Below are positions 51,812 through 60,093 of a stretch of 64,000 nt of DNA, one piece after another. The position numbers and the translations under genes were made by a program. The DNA lies in the IMG/VR virus record IMGVR_UViG_3300022752_000015, positions 148,805 through 212,804 of that record. One strand, given 5' to 3'. The stretch's first letter is position 1. Every line of letters begins with the position of its first letter. The notes beneath the pieces are model-generated. The model had not been told where the DNA came from, did not search any database, and was given only the letters and a program-made list of their open reading frames with translations.

Positions 51812-53149
51812 TCAAACTATGTTTAAGAATTTTTGACCGACCTCAGCAATTTTAGGATCGACATCGTTGATGCTTCTCTCGCGGATAAAGACAGGAAATC
51901 TGACTTTTCCGTCCTTCGTCAATCCATTCGACGTGGAAGGTTCAGGTTGACCTTCTAGCTCAACCACTTTTCCAATCCATGAGTCAGGATCCATTCCGAT
52001 CTCAGCTTTTAATGCGTCGGTGAAACCTCCACCCACACGTGTGATGATCCCGTTTGGCATCATGACCTCAAATCCACCCCACAGACCTTCTCTCTTTGAA
52101 CCTCTATTTCCCATGTAGTGACCGACAATCATACCTTCATAGGTGGCAATCGGCTTCATCTTTTTAACTGAGTTAGATCTCTTAAACGAATAAAGAGCCG
52201 AGAGATCCTTGATCATGATTCCTTCGAATCCGCCTTCTAGATTTTTTGAATAAAAATCCAATAGTTCACCTGAATCATTAACGGTGATGCCTTTAACATG
52301 TGCTACCGAAGAGTTATTGACCTGCGAAACTAGTTCTTCGGTCAGTTCAATTCGAGTCAGCAGCTCCATCGAACTTTCTTGATCGTGCCAATCAGAAAAA
52401 GGCATGGAATCGAACACATGAAACATGATGTTAGAATCATCCTTGCCTCGTTTATGAGACATCATCACAGACGCAGACTCGTTCCAATCGGAACCCATTG
52501 CCTCACCATCCAAGACAAAGTTGTCCCATGGTGCGTCTTCGATCACTTTCTTAATCTTCGGAAGCGTCTCTAGAACCGTACCACTTCTGGTAAACATGGT
52601 GGCTAGACCATCTTTCTTCACGATGATGCATCGCAATCCGTCCAACTTAGGTTCAACGCGGACAGGATAACTGATGCTGTCGTTGATGATGATTCCTGAA
52701 TTAAGATCGAATCTTGTCTGCAAGCTCTCAGCTAACTGCACTGAAAACCCGACGATAGAATTCGGCCAAATCTTATTGACCGTGGTGGACTGCACGCCAC
52801 ATCGCAAATTTTTCAATAGAATTCTTAGACACCACTTCTGCTGGCTTGCCGTCAAACGCGAGAAAAAAGAAACAACGGCATCTTTTGCAGCATTTCCTGT
52901 GATGTTTCGTTGAGCCAACGAATGATTTACAAAATCTAGAAAACTATCAATGACTTCATCATCATCTTCTCCAACATCACGAGAAGAAGGCATCTTAAAC
53001 TTGTTAACAAAAAAGTTTGTATAAGGATCACCAACAGATACAAAAATCCTTTGCAAGAGTTGATTGTTGCTATGAGTGTCCAACAGTTCTTCTTTAAAGA
53101 TTCGAGAATTGTTAGACTCTAGAGATTCTAGAATATCGATGACTGTCAT
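51812..53149 (-). CDS. ATP-dependent DNA ligase
   Basis: EPKLDGLR (motif I), LDGE, FD, EGIMIK, KMKP and RFPVF motifs. Confidence 0.93.
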   Translation of the reverse strand: MTVIDILESLESNNSRIFKEELLDTHSNNQLLQRIFVSVGDPYTNFFVNKFKMPSSRDVGEDDDEVIDSFLDFVNHSLAQRNITGNAAKDAVVSFFSRLTASQQKWCLRILLKNLRCGVQSTTVNKIWPNSIVGFSVQLAESLQTRFDLNSGIIINDSISYPVRVEPKLDGLRCIIVKKDGLATMFTRSGTVLETLPKIKKVIEDAPWDNFVLDGEAMGSDWNESASVMMSHKRGKDDSNIMFHVFDSMPFSDWHDQESSMELLTRIELTEELVSQVNNSSVAHVKGITVNDSGELLDFYSKNLEGGFEGIMIKDLSALYSFKRSNSVKKMKPIATYEGMIVGHYMGNRGSKREGLWGGFEVMMPNGIITRVGGGFTDALKAEIGMDPDSWIGKVVELEGQPEPSTSNGLTKDGKVRFPVFIRERSINDVDPKIAEVGQKFLNIV

Positions 53150-53230
53150 TATGAGGTTATATTAACCAACCTTATTCAAAGATTTCACGGTTTTCTCGAC
53201 ATGAATCTAATTCAGATTCATTCAAGCTTC

Positions 53231-53497
53231 TCAAAACTTGTAGTTTTTCCTGAAATCTACCTTTAATTCTTCGATCACTCCGTCAATCTTAGCGATGGCA
53301 ACTTTCAAATCCGAATCTGGATTCTTTTCTAGAACGTTCCTGCAAGCCTGAACTGCGTCGGTCAAAATTGAAGCATTATTAATCAACTTAAAAGCAATTT
53401 TTTGCTTTTCAAATGACCAATCATTTTGCTTTTCGTTTACCTTATTACTATTGATCTTTTCTACTTCGTATACGATTCGTCTCATCTTTATTTCCAC
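53231..53497 (-). CDS. Hypothetical protein
   Basis: 88-aa ORF abutting the upstream gene. Confidence 0.5.
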   Translation of the reverse strand: MEIKMRRIVYEVEKINSNKVNEKQNDWSFEKQKIAFKLINNASILTDAVQACRNVLEKNPDSDLKVAIAKIDGVIEELKVDFRKNYKF

Positions 53498-53926
53498 CTA
53501 CTTTTTTAGCTTCTTCTTCTGGTAATTCCTTGTTTCTGATGTTGGATCTAGCTTGGATGCATCGCTATCTTCATCTTCAACAAGGGAAAGATTTTCCTGA
53601 GACAGAACGTCTTCATACGCGGTAGTTGGAGGAATAGCTGCAAAAACCTCGTGCAGATTTTCTTTCTCACCAGTCGCCTCTGCAACGACATCTAACGGAG
53701 GAACAACAACGACACCTGCCGTTGGATCAGAAACGTACGAAGGAATGCATAAATTGAATGCTTCGAAACCAGGAGTCACAACACCCAATCTATTGCAAGT
53801 CTCTTCAAGAACGCTATAGGTGGTGATACCTCTCTCAATCAAAAACTTTTTTAACGTGGTCTTTCTGCGACGAAGAAGATCTTCTAGTCTGATCAAAGAC
53901 TTCTTTTGATACTTAGTTGCTTTCAT
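53498..53926 (-). CDS. Hypothetical protein
   Basis: 142-aa ORF in a coupled run downstream of the sigma gene. Confidence 0.6.
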   Translation of the reverse strand: MKATKYQKKSLIRLEDLLRRRKTTLKKFLIERGITTYSVLEETCNRLGVVTPGFEAFNLCIPSYVSDPTAGVVVVPPLDVVAEATGEKENLHEVFAAIPPTTAYEDVLSQENLSLVEDEDSDASKLDPTSETRNYQKKKLKK

Positions 53927-54227
53927 TTTTCACCAATTTTCTATGAGACTCTAGATCTTGTAACAAGTCAGAGATTCCACTTTGGAACAACGGAGATTTC
54001 GAAATCATCTCAGCTGATTCAGAATCGACGTGAATGTTATGCTGATCTGCTATTGCATCAACAAACTTGCGCATGACTCGAAGTACGTAATTCCTCGCTG
54101 AGGAATGGTTCATTTTATACCCAAGCTCTGTCATTGTATCCGCAATATCACGATAATTAACACCATTATCGTCAATTGTTGCGTAACCACCAACAAATTT
54201 GCTACCTTTTTTCATTGTCATTGTCAT
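53913..54227 (-). CDS. Putative HTH DNA-binding protein
   Basis: NYRDIADTM...MNHSSARN HTH-like pattern. Confidence 0.55.
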   Translation of the reverse strand: MTMTMKKGSKFVGGYATIDDNGVNYRDIADTMTELGYKMNHSSARNYVLRVMRKFVDAIADQHNIHVDSESAEMISKSPLFQSGISDLLQDLESHRKLVKNESN

Positions 54228-54462
54228 TTTTCCTATGAAATGTCTCGCCCCTAGAATGAGGTACCATTGATGGACCGAATCTGGTCGTCTGCAAGTATCG
54301 CAATCGTGAATTTAAGTTCCGTTCGACCAGCAGATCTTCTTTTACGTCTTCTTCCTCCTCAATTTCATCAGATTTTTTGTCACGGATCAACGTGTACAAA
54401 CTAACAAAAGAAGTGATCAGATTGATCGAACATAGGACAAGAATCAGACTTTCGCTGGTCAC
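54202..54462 (-). CDS. Small protein with N-terminal membrane anchor
   Basis: Hydrophobic N-terminus followed by an acidic patch; overlaps the sigma stop. Confidence 0.55.
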   Translation of the reverse strand: MTSESLILVLCSINLITSFVSLYTLIRDKKSDEIEEEEDVKEDLLVERNLNSRLRYLQTTRFGPSMVPHSRGETFHRKNDNDNEKR

Positions 54463-55292
54463 GTGAGACCTTCTCCCGTTGAGATCTTCTCAACTTGCTC
54501 TTGAGTGATCTTATAAGATTCATCGCTCAACACATCGTCGACCAGCCCGAACCGCAACCTCAAAATCGCAGCTTCCTTTGGAGAAAGGCCCACGATGACT
54601 CGTTGAGCCAACTCTAACATTTGCTTGGAAGAAAAAATCTCGAGTGGATCTGACGTAGGATCCGCCTCAATCTTATCTTCAATCGTGTCAGCATCTGGAT
54701 CTGAGGACAGAGGTTGATCAAGCGAAATAATCGATCGACCACTGATCCTCATCGCATTGAAGATTGCATCTGAAGTGCCTGTCAACTCCTTCAACTCTTC
54801 AGGAGTTGGCTCACATCCCATCGCGTTCCTGTATTCTTCGGCGGCTGTCAACAACTTCTTTTGAGTATTCACGGCATGCGCGGACATTCTGATGACCCGC
54901 TTCTGCTTCAGGATGTGTTGACCAATCGCTTGCCTAACCCACCAGGTCGCGTAGGTCGAGAACCTAAATCCCTTCTTCCAATCAAACTTCTCAATCGCTC
55001 GCATCAACCCCATGTTGCCTTCTTGAATGATGTCTTCGAGAGGCATGCTGTGGTTCTTGTACTGCTTCGCCACGTAAACGACCAAACGTAGATTGGCCTC
55101 GATCAACTTTTTCTTCGCAATTGCCGCGTCAGATCCTCCTGCTTCGAGAATCTTAAAGAGCTCCATCATCTGTTCGTGCGAAAGCTGCTGGTGATTCTTT
55201 AGAGAAGAAAAGTAGCGATTCATTGAATCGCCGCCGAAGGCTGACTCTCGAGAGTTTTCTCGAGAAATTGTGCCTTGAGAACTCAAATTCAA
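54459..55292 (-). CDS. RpoD/RpoS-like sigma-70 factor
   Basis: LIEANLRLVV, DIIQEGNMGLMRAIEKFD..KGFRFSTYATWWVRQAI, SLD and ILRLRFGL motifs. Confidence 0.92.
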   Translation of the reverse strand: MNLSSQGTISRENSRESAFGGDSMNRYFSSLKNHQQLSHEQMMELFKILEAGGSDAAIAKKKLIEANLRLVVYVAKQYKNHSMPLEDIIQEGNMGLMRAIEKFDWKKGFRFSTYATWWVRQAIGQHILKQKRVIRMSAHAVNTQKKLLTAAEEYRNAMGCEPTPEELKELTGTSDAIFNAMRISGRSIISLDQPLSSDPDADTIEDKIEADPTSDPLEIFSSKQMLELAQRVIVGLSPKEAAILRLRFGLVDDVLSDESYKITQEQVEKISTGEGLT

Positions 55293-55570
55293 TCCTCCTC
55301 CGTGACGGAAACAGCCGAAACATACTTTGCGTGGGCCTCACGACGAGCTGTTCGAATCTGCAGCTCTCGTTGTACATAACACATCTCAACCTCCCATGCG
55401 GAAGGATTCAACCCATGACTATTCACCCTAGCGATGGAATCCGTCAGCGATCGCTGCATATTGTTCAATGAATCGTCGTCGATGATAGCCAGCTCATCAA
55501 ACGTGTGCACCTGAGGAAAAGGAATCGGGGAATCAACGTTGATCTTGTTTGTCTTTGCTTTCTTTGCCAT
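55289..55570 (-). CDS. Hypothetical protein coupled to sigma gene
   Basis: 93-aa ORF overlapping the sigma start. Confidence 0.6.
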   Translation of the reverse strand: MAKKAKTNKINVDSPIPFPQVHTFDELAIIDDDSLNNMQRSLTDSIARVNSHGLNPSAWEVEMCYVQRELQIRTARREAHAKYVSAVSVTEED

Positions 55571-55652
55571 TTTTTTCTCACTTTCGTGCGTTCATCAAAT
55601 CCAGGGAACAAATTCTTTTTATACCATGCAACATTAACATTGCACTGGAAGA

Positions 55653-56588
55653 TTAAAGGGGCACATCAAATTTCTTAGGCATCTCGAGGACAGCGAGATT
55701 TTTCATCTTCGCCTCCACCTCTAGATCCACTGCATCGCGCCGCAGGCGCTCGAGCTGCACCGCAGGAATATAATGGATCATGTCGCTGTGCTTGCGCCGC
55801 TCGGTGAAAGATCCACCCTCCATGCCTGGCTCAGTGTTGCTGATGTGTTGCAGGGGTTTCACACCTTTAGGCCACGTCTCATCGGCTGCGTCCGCAGCCT
55901 CTGCGCCGTCCAATCCATCGTCGTTGAAAACATGATGATGCGAATCCCACACGATCGGCACACCCGTCTCCATCGACACCGGCAACAGATCCACCAACGA
56001 ATAGCACGTCTCGCAATTCTCCAGCGTCAATCGCGATCGACTAGCCTCAGGCAATGACCGAATCGCGTCGATCAGCCTCGTCTGCCGATCCGCCTTACCA
56101 CCATGCACGTTGATCGCGGCGTACGGACTCCGCGGCATCCCCATCGAATCAAACATCCACGCGTGATGCTCGAGCTCGACGATCGACTTCTCAACCACCG
56201 AGTCAGAATCCGACGACAACACGCAGAACTGACCCGGATGCGTCGTCAACCGAACGCCATGCTTCCTCGCCACCTCACCACACATCGCCAGCTCTCGCTT
56301 GAGAACATCGTTGTCCCACAATCCCCGAGGCACGCGATCATTCAACGGAAACATGGCGCTCGACACGCGAAACAACCGCACGCCACTCGCTGCCACCTTC
56401 CGTAACACGTCTCGCAACATTCGAGCATTGTGAAGGTACAACGATCGAATCGCATCCTCAGAGTATGCACCCCGCTCATATCGACCCAATTGCAACGTCT
56501 TCTCCTCCAACTCGTTGATGACCTGCAACTTGCCGCTCCGCGGCGCATTCTCGTGCCTAATCCAATGACAACAGACACCTAGTGCCAT
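55653..56588 (-). CDS. uvsE: UV-damage endonuclease
   Basis: FRVSS.MFP, HPGQF..LSS, NVHGG, LENCE, DSHHH, HSD and EVEAKMK motifs. Confidence 0.92.
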   Translation of the reverse strand: MALGVCCHWIRHENAPRSGKLQVINELEEKTLQLGRYERGAYSEDAIRSLYLHNARMLRDVLRKVAASGVRLFRVSSAMFPLNDRVPRGLWDNDVLKRELAMCGEVARKHGVRLTTHPGQFCVLSSDSDSVVEKSIVELEHHAWMFDSMGMPRSPYAAINVHGGKADRQTRLIDAIRSLPEASRSRLTLENCETCYSLVDLLPVSMETGVPIVWDSHHHVFNDDGLDGAEAADAADETWPKGVKPLQHISNTEPGMEGGSFTERRKHSDMIHYIPAVQLERLRRDAVDLEVEAKMKNLAVLEMPKKFDVPL

Positions 56589-56654
56589 AAGCTTGTGTAT
56601 ACCTTAATCCCTTAAGGCCACTTGTACAACAAACCACGTCCTCTATGCACCACG

Positions 56655-56690
56655 GGCCACATGAATTATTCCTGGATAATTCATGTGGCC
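56655..56690. repeat. Perfect 15-bp inverted repeat
   Basis: GGCCACATGAATTAT-TCCTGG-ATAATTCATGTGGCC. Confidence 0.85.
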
Positions 56691-56718
56691 TTCTACACAG
56701 ACGATTATTACAGTTTAT

Positions 56719-57093
56719 TCAGGTGCCACCGAAGGCGTCATCCACCACGTCCATCATGGTGCGATCGTCTCGAGAATCTCCCTTCAAGACGTCAATCTTC
56801 GTACGTGCCGCGGCGGCGGCCCAGCGCACGACCACCTCTCCTGGCTCTCTGAGAGACAACTCGACGAATGCCCCCGTCTCAGGATCGCTCAACCTCGCAA
56901 TGGTTCCATCACGCATCCCATCTAGATCAGGACCCATGTCGTACACGAGATCAGGATTGGTCGCGGCCTCGTCTGCCAATATCTCCATCACCGGCTCAGC
57001 CACAAGCCTCCACTGAATCTCTTCGGCCCCTCCGGTCAACGACTCAAACTCTTCTCTAATGATCTGTTTCAATCTCGGCAACGTCAACTTCAT
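56719..57093 (-). CDS. Small protein with MKLTLPRLKQIIREE N-terminus
   Basis: GGAG SD before ATG 57093; shared motif. Confidence 0.7.
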   Translation of the reverse strand: MKLTLPRLKQIIREEFESLTGGAEEIQWRLVAEPVMEILADEAATNPDLVYDMGPDLDGMRDGTIARLSDPETGAFVELSLREPGEVVVRWAAAAARTKIDVLKGDSRDDRTMMDVVDDAFGGT

Positions 57094-57368
57094 ACTAACT
57101 CCAGTACATATATATATCACGCTATACATCGTCTACCGGAGAAGTCGACGAAACGGTGCCAACAATGCCCCAATGATCAATCGAAACACCGAAGCCACGA
57201 ACATCCTCTCAAACATCCGACCATATTTCATCCGCATCTCATCACCTCAGCACCCATGGTACGTCGCTCCAGCTGCGAAGAACAACGGTCATTTCGACGC
57301 AAAAAATTTCCCGAGAAATTTTCGAGCACCACAACAGCTCCAGAAAATCCGCGGAGCCGGAACTCAGT

Positions 57369-57551
57369 TCACAACCTTTTTAGAAAGGCTATGTACTCGA
57401 AGTCAACCGTCCCGTCGTTGCACAGGAAGATTCCCTCATCCGGCTGTTCATCGAGATGATACAGGAACACCAAGACTCGATCCAAGATCTCTCTCGGTGC
57501 CACGCCATCATCTTCGTAGACGCACAGATCTCCGGGGCTGAGCTTTAACAT
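57369..57551 (-). CDS. Small hypothetical protein
   Basis: 60-aa ORF, same orientation as neighbours. Confidence 0.4.
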   Translation of the reverse strand: MLKLSPGDLCVYEDDGVAPREILDRVLVFLYHLDEQPDEGIFLCNDGTVDFEYIAFLKRL

Positions 57552-57878
57552 GCTTATAAATAGGCATGTGCCCCCACGAGTGTGGGTAATGACCGTTTCA
57601 ATCTCAAAATTTCTCGAGATTTGCGCGCGGGTTTAGCGCTCCCCGGAGGCCCCAAAAACCCCACAGAAAATGCCCCTTTTGGGGGCGGGGCCGGGGCCCC
57701 ATTTTAGGGGCCTAAAGAGGGGCCCTTCGAGGGGCCCTTGCAAGGGGGCTGCCCCTCCGCCCGATTGCTGTCTCCTCGGGCCCCCTTGTATTTCAACCTT
57801 GCAGCAGGCCCCACCGCAGAACCCAGCCGATCGCTGCTCCGATGATTGCTCCTTCGGCGAAGGCCGCCGCGTGATCCT

Positions 57879-58244
57879 TCAGCAGCCCTCCTTGAGGAGT
57901 CGGAAGAACTTCTTCGGAGCCGACGGCCCGATACCGAGCTTGAGGAGGAGGGGGAAGGCCGCAAGCTTCTCGTTGAGCTGCGCCGTCTTCTCCGAGATCT
58001 CGCTGATGAGCGAGCCGTTCGTCGGAGGAGACATGTGCGACCCACCGTCCCTGACGTAGGTGGCGAAGGAGGTGCAGCTCTTGGCGAGCCTCTCGGCGCA
58101 GTCGGCAAGATCCTCGCGCAGCTGGTCGATCTTGCAGGCCGCCTCACGGACCTCCAGGAAGGCGGCCGTGCTCGCGAGGTACATCAGGCCGAGCGACTTG
58201 ATGGTAGCTTCCAGGGTGGACTCGTACTTGCCGGGGTTCTTCAT
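57879..58244 (-). CDS. Array unit protein, 121 aa, hypothetical
   Basis: ATG belongs to element 58242-58280; reads MKNPGKYE... Confidence 0.7.
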   Translation of the reverse strand: MKNPGKYESTLEATIKSLGLMYLASTAAFLEVREAACKIDQLREDLADCAERLAKSCTSFATYVRDGGSHMSPPTNGSLISEISEKTAQLNEKLAAFPLLLKLGIGPSAPKKFFRLLKEGC

Positions 58245-58297
58245 GGTCCTAGTATACCCTTTCTCAAATGAACTTTGCACCGACGGGACGAACTTTT

Positions 58298-58483
58298 TCA
58301 GCCCCACTGTTTGGGGATGGCGAGCCGCAGCTTCTCGAGGATGTCACCGTAGGCGGTCAGTTCCTCGGCATCGAATTCGCTCAAGGCCGCGCGGATCCGT
58401 TTCGCCTCCTCGAGGGAGAGGTAGAGGTTGATGCCGTCTTCCTTGGTGCCGGTGGGGGAGGTGGCGGTCCGGGTGATCTTCAT
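58298..58483 (-). CDS. Array unit protein, 61 aa
   Basis: ATG of element 58481-58519. Confidence 0.7.
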   Translation of the reverse strand: MKITRTATSPTGTKEDGINLYLSLEEAKRIRAALSEFDAEELTAYGDILEKLRLAIPKQWG

Positions 58484-58523
58484 GGTTCTACCTTATCCTG
58501 TTCTGGGGTGACTTTGCACCGGA

Positions 58524-58700
58524 TCAGAGGATGGGATCGACCCCTTCGATCAAGGGGTAGTAGGAGACCTGGATTCCGTGGTAGCCGGCGTCGTAGAGCT
58601 TTTGGGCTTCCTTGACGATTCGCGACTGGCGGACTTGTTTCCGCCCGGGCTTGCCCTTGGGGGTGAAGTAGGCGATCTCGTAGATGGCTTCGTTCTTCAT
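58524..58700 (-). CDS. Array unit protein, 58 aa
   Basis: ATG of element 58698-58736; reads MKNEAIYE... Confidence 0.7.
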   Translation of the reverse strand: MKNEAIYEIAYFTPKGKPGRKQVRQSRIVKEAQKLYDAGYHGIQVSYYPLIEGVDPIL

Positions 58701-58751
58701 GGTCCCAGTATATCCTTTCCTCGTTGAACTTTGCACCGATCCGCGAACTTT

Positions 58752-58937
58752 TTACACACCCATCTCTTCGAGGGCGTCCTGGCGCAGGATGTCGGTCACC
58801 TCCTCGCGGAGGTCCTTCCGGGCCGCCAGCTCCCAGAGGGAGGCGGTGAGGTTGGCCTGCATCTCGTGGTCGATCTTCCCCGCGGTGAGGAGATCGGTCA
58901 CCTGGGCGATGAGCTGGGCGATGTGTTTGGCGTCCAT
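58752..58937 (-). CDS. Array unit protein, 61 aa
   Basis: ATG of element 58935-58973; reads MDAKHIAQ... Confidence 0.7.
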   Translation of the reverse strand: MDAKHIAQLIAQVTDLLTAGKIDHEMQANLTASLWELAARKDLREEVTDILRQDALEEMGV

Positions 58938-58973
58938 GGCCTCAGTATACCCTTTCGAGGAGGAACTTTGCAC

Positions 58974-59147
58974 TCAGCCGTTGAGCTTTTCGCCGATCCG
59001 GGCCTTGAGTTCCTCGAGGGCGACCCGGTCCCGGAGATCCTTGAGGGCAACCAACTCCTCCTTCCAGTCGGGATCACCGTTGTAGGTCTCGATCTGGGTC
59101 ACGAGTGCCTCATAGAGGCGATTGAGGTCGATCTCGTCGAATTCCAT
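58974..59147 (-). CDS. Array unit protein, 57 aa (not in ORF track)
   Basis: Reads MEFDEIDLNRLYEALV...GEKLNG*; its TGA abuts the next element. Confidence 0.7.
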   Translation of the reverse strand: MEFDEIDLNRLYEALVTQIETYNGDPDWKEELVALKDLRDRVALEELKARIGEKLNG

Positions 59148-59183
59148 GGTTCTACCTTACCTCGTTCAGGTGTGACTTTGCAC

Positions 59184-59354
59184 TCAGTAGGGAAGATTCT
59201 CCAGGTGCTCGATGAGCTTCACCTGGAGCTTGAGGAGCGACCGGTAGTCAGGATCGTCGCGGAGGTCGATGGAGGTGTCCAGACGCATCCTCTCCCGGAC
59301 GGAGTCGAGGCCTTCGAGGATGAGCTTCGTTTCGGAGCGGGAGAGGTGTTCCAT
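59184..59354 (-). CDS. Array unit protein, 56 aa (not in ORF track)
   Basis: Reads MEHLSRSETKLILEGL...ENLPY*; its TGA abuts the next element. Confidence 0.7.
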   Translation of the reverse strand: MEHLSRSETKLILEGLDSVRERMRLDTSIDLRDDPDYRSLLKLQVKLIEHLENLPY

Positions 59355-59394
59355 GGTTCTAGTATACCTCGTTCAGGGGTGACTTTGCACCGAC

Positions 59395-59607
59395 TCAGGC
59401 CCGGTTCAGGATCCGGTCGGCAGCCCGAGCTGTCATGATGTCCCGCCCACCGAGCCCGATTCGGTTGGCCTTGCGGACCGCGGCGGCGATGGAGGTCGAC
59501 CCGAAGTACCAGCCGACCGGGATGCAGTCTTCCTTGGAGAAGCCGTAGTAGGCCACGGCGGCGTAGAGGTAGGTGCGACGTGAGGGCTTCTTGGAGGTGG
59601 TCTTCAT
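59395..59607 (-). CDS. Array unit protein, 70 aa, basic
   Basis: ATG of element 59605-59643. Confidence 0.7.
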   Translation of the reverse strand: MKTTSKKPSRRTYLYAAVAYYGFSKEDCIPVGWYFGSTSIAAAVRKANRIGLGGRDIMTARAADRILNRA

Positions 59608-59648
59608 GGTTTTACCTTATCCTGTTCGTGGTTGACTTTGCACCGGGT

Positions 59649-59735
59649 TCAGGCGGCCATCATCCACCAGGCCGCGAAGGCCGTGGAAGCGACGGTGACG
59701 ATGGCTCCGAGGATGTCAGCTGCGGCGTTCTTCAT
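59649..59735 (-). CDS. Array unit peptide, 28 aa, single hydrophobic helix
   Basis: Reads MKNAAADILGAIVTVASTAFAAWWMMAA* from element 59733-59771. Confidence 0.6.
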   Translation of the reverse strand: MKNAAADILGAIVTVASTAFAAWWMMAA

Positions 59736-59753
59736 GGTCCTAGTATATCCTAT

Positions 59754-59930
59754 TCAGATGTGACTTTGCACCGACGCAGGAGGAACCAACTCCTCCGGCA
59801 CCACATTCTCTGGAGTCAAGACGTGACCACGGTAAAATGGCTGGAGCAACACGATGGCTCCCTCGACGGTCCGCGCCCGGACACACTCGCCGGTCTCGAC
59901 GTAGACCCACCACTTCGTCTTGGTCTTCAT
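59754..59930 (-). CDS. Array unit protein, 58 aa
   Basis: Reads MKTKTKWWVY...; its 3' end runs into the next element. Confidence 0.65.
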   Translation of the reverse strand: MKTKTKWWVYVETGECVRARTVEGAIVLLQPFYRGHVLTPENVVPEELVPPASVQSHI

Positions 59931-59995
59931 GCCACCAGTATATCCTTTCCCGGCGGAACTTTGCACCGACCTGGGAACTTTTTCTCAGATCACCC

Positions 59996-60076
59996 AGGAT
60001 GCCCTTGGGGAGGCCGGAGGCAATTCGACCTAGGTTACCCCATTCCTAGATCCAAGAACCTCCCCAAGGGCATCCT
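59996..60076. repeat. Hairpin element copy 1 (18-bp arms, conserved core GACCTAGGTTACCCCAT)
   Basis: AGGATGCCCTTGGGGAGG (59996-60013) pairs with CCTCCCCAAGGGCATCCT (60059-60076); core at 60027-60043. Confidence 0.85.
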
Positions 60077-60093
60077 AGGGGTTCAGGCGTGGG

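Noticed and set aside
1-57000. Stop-codon reassignment, as in some jumbo phages
   Set aside because: Known genes are full length and densely packed under the standard code, and TAA, TAG and TGA all occur as stops.
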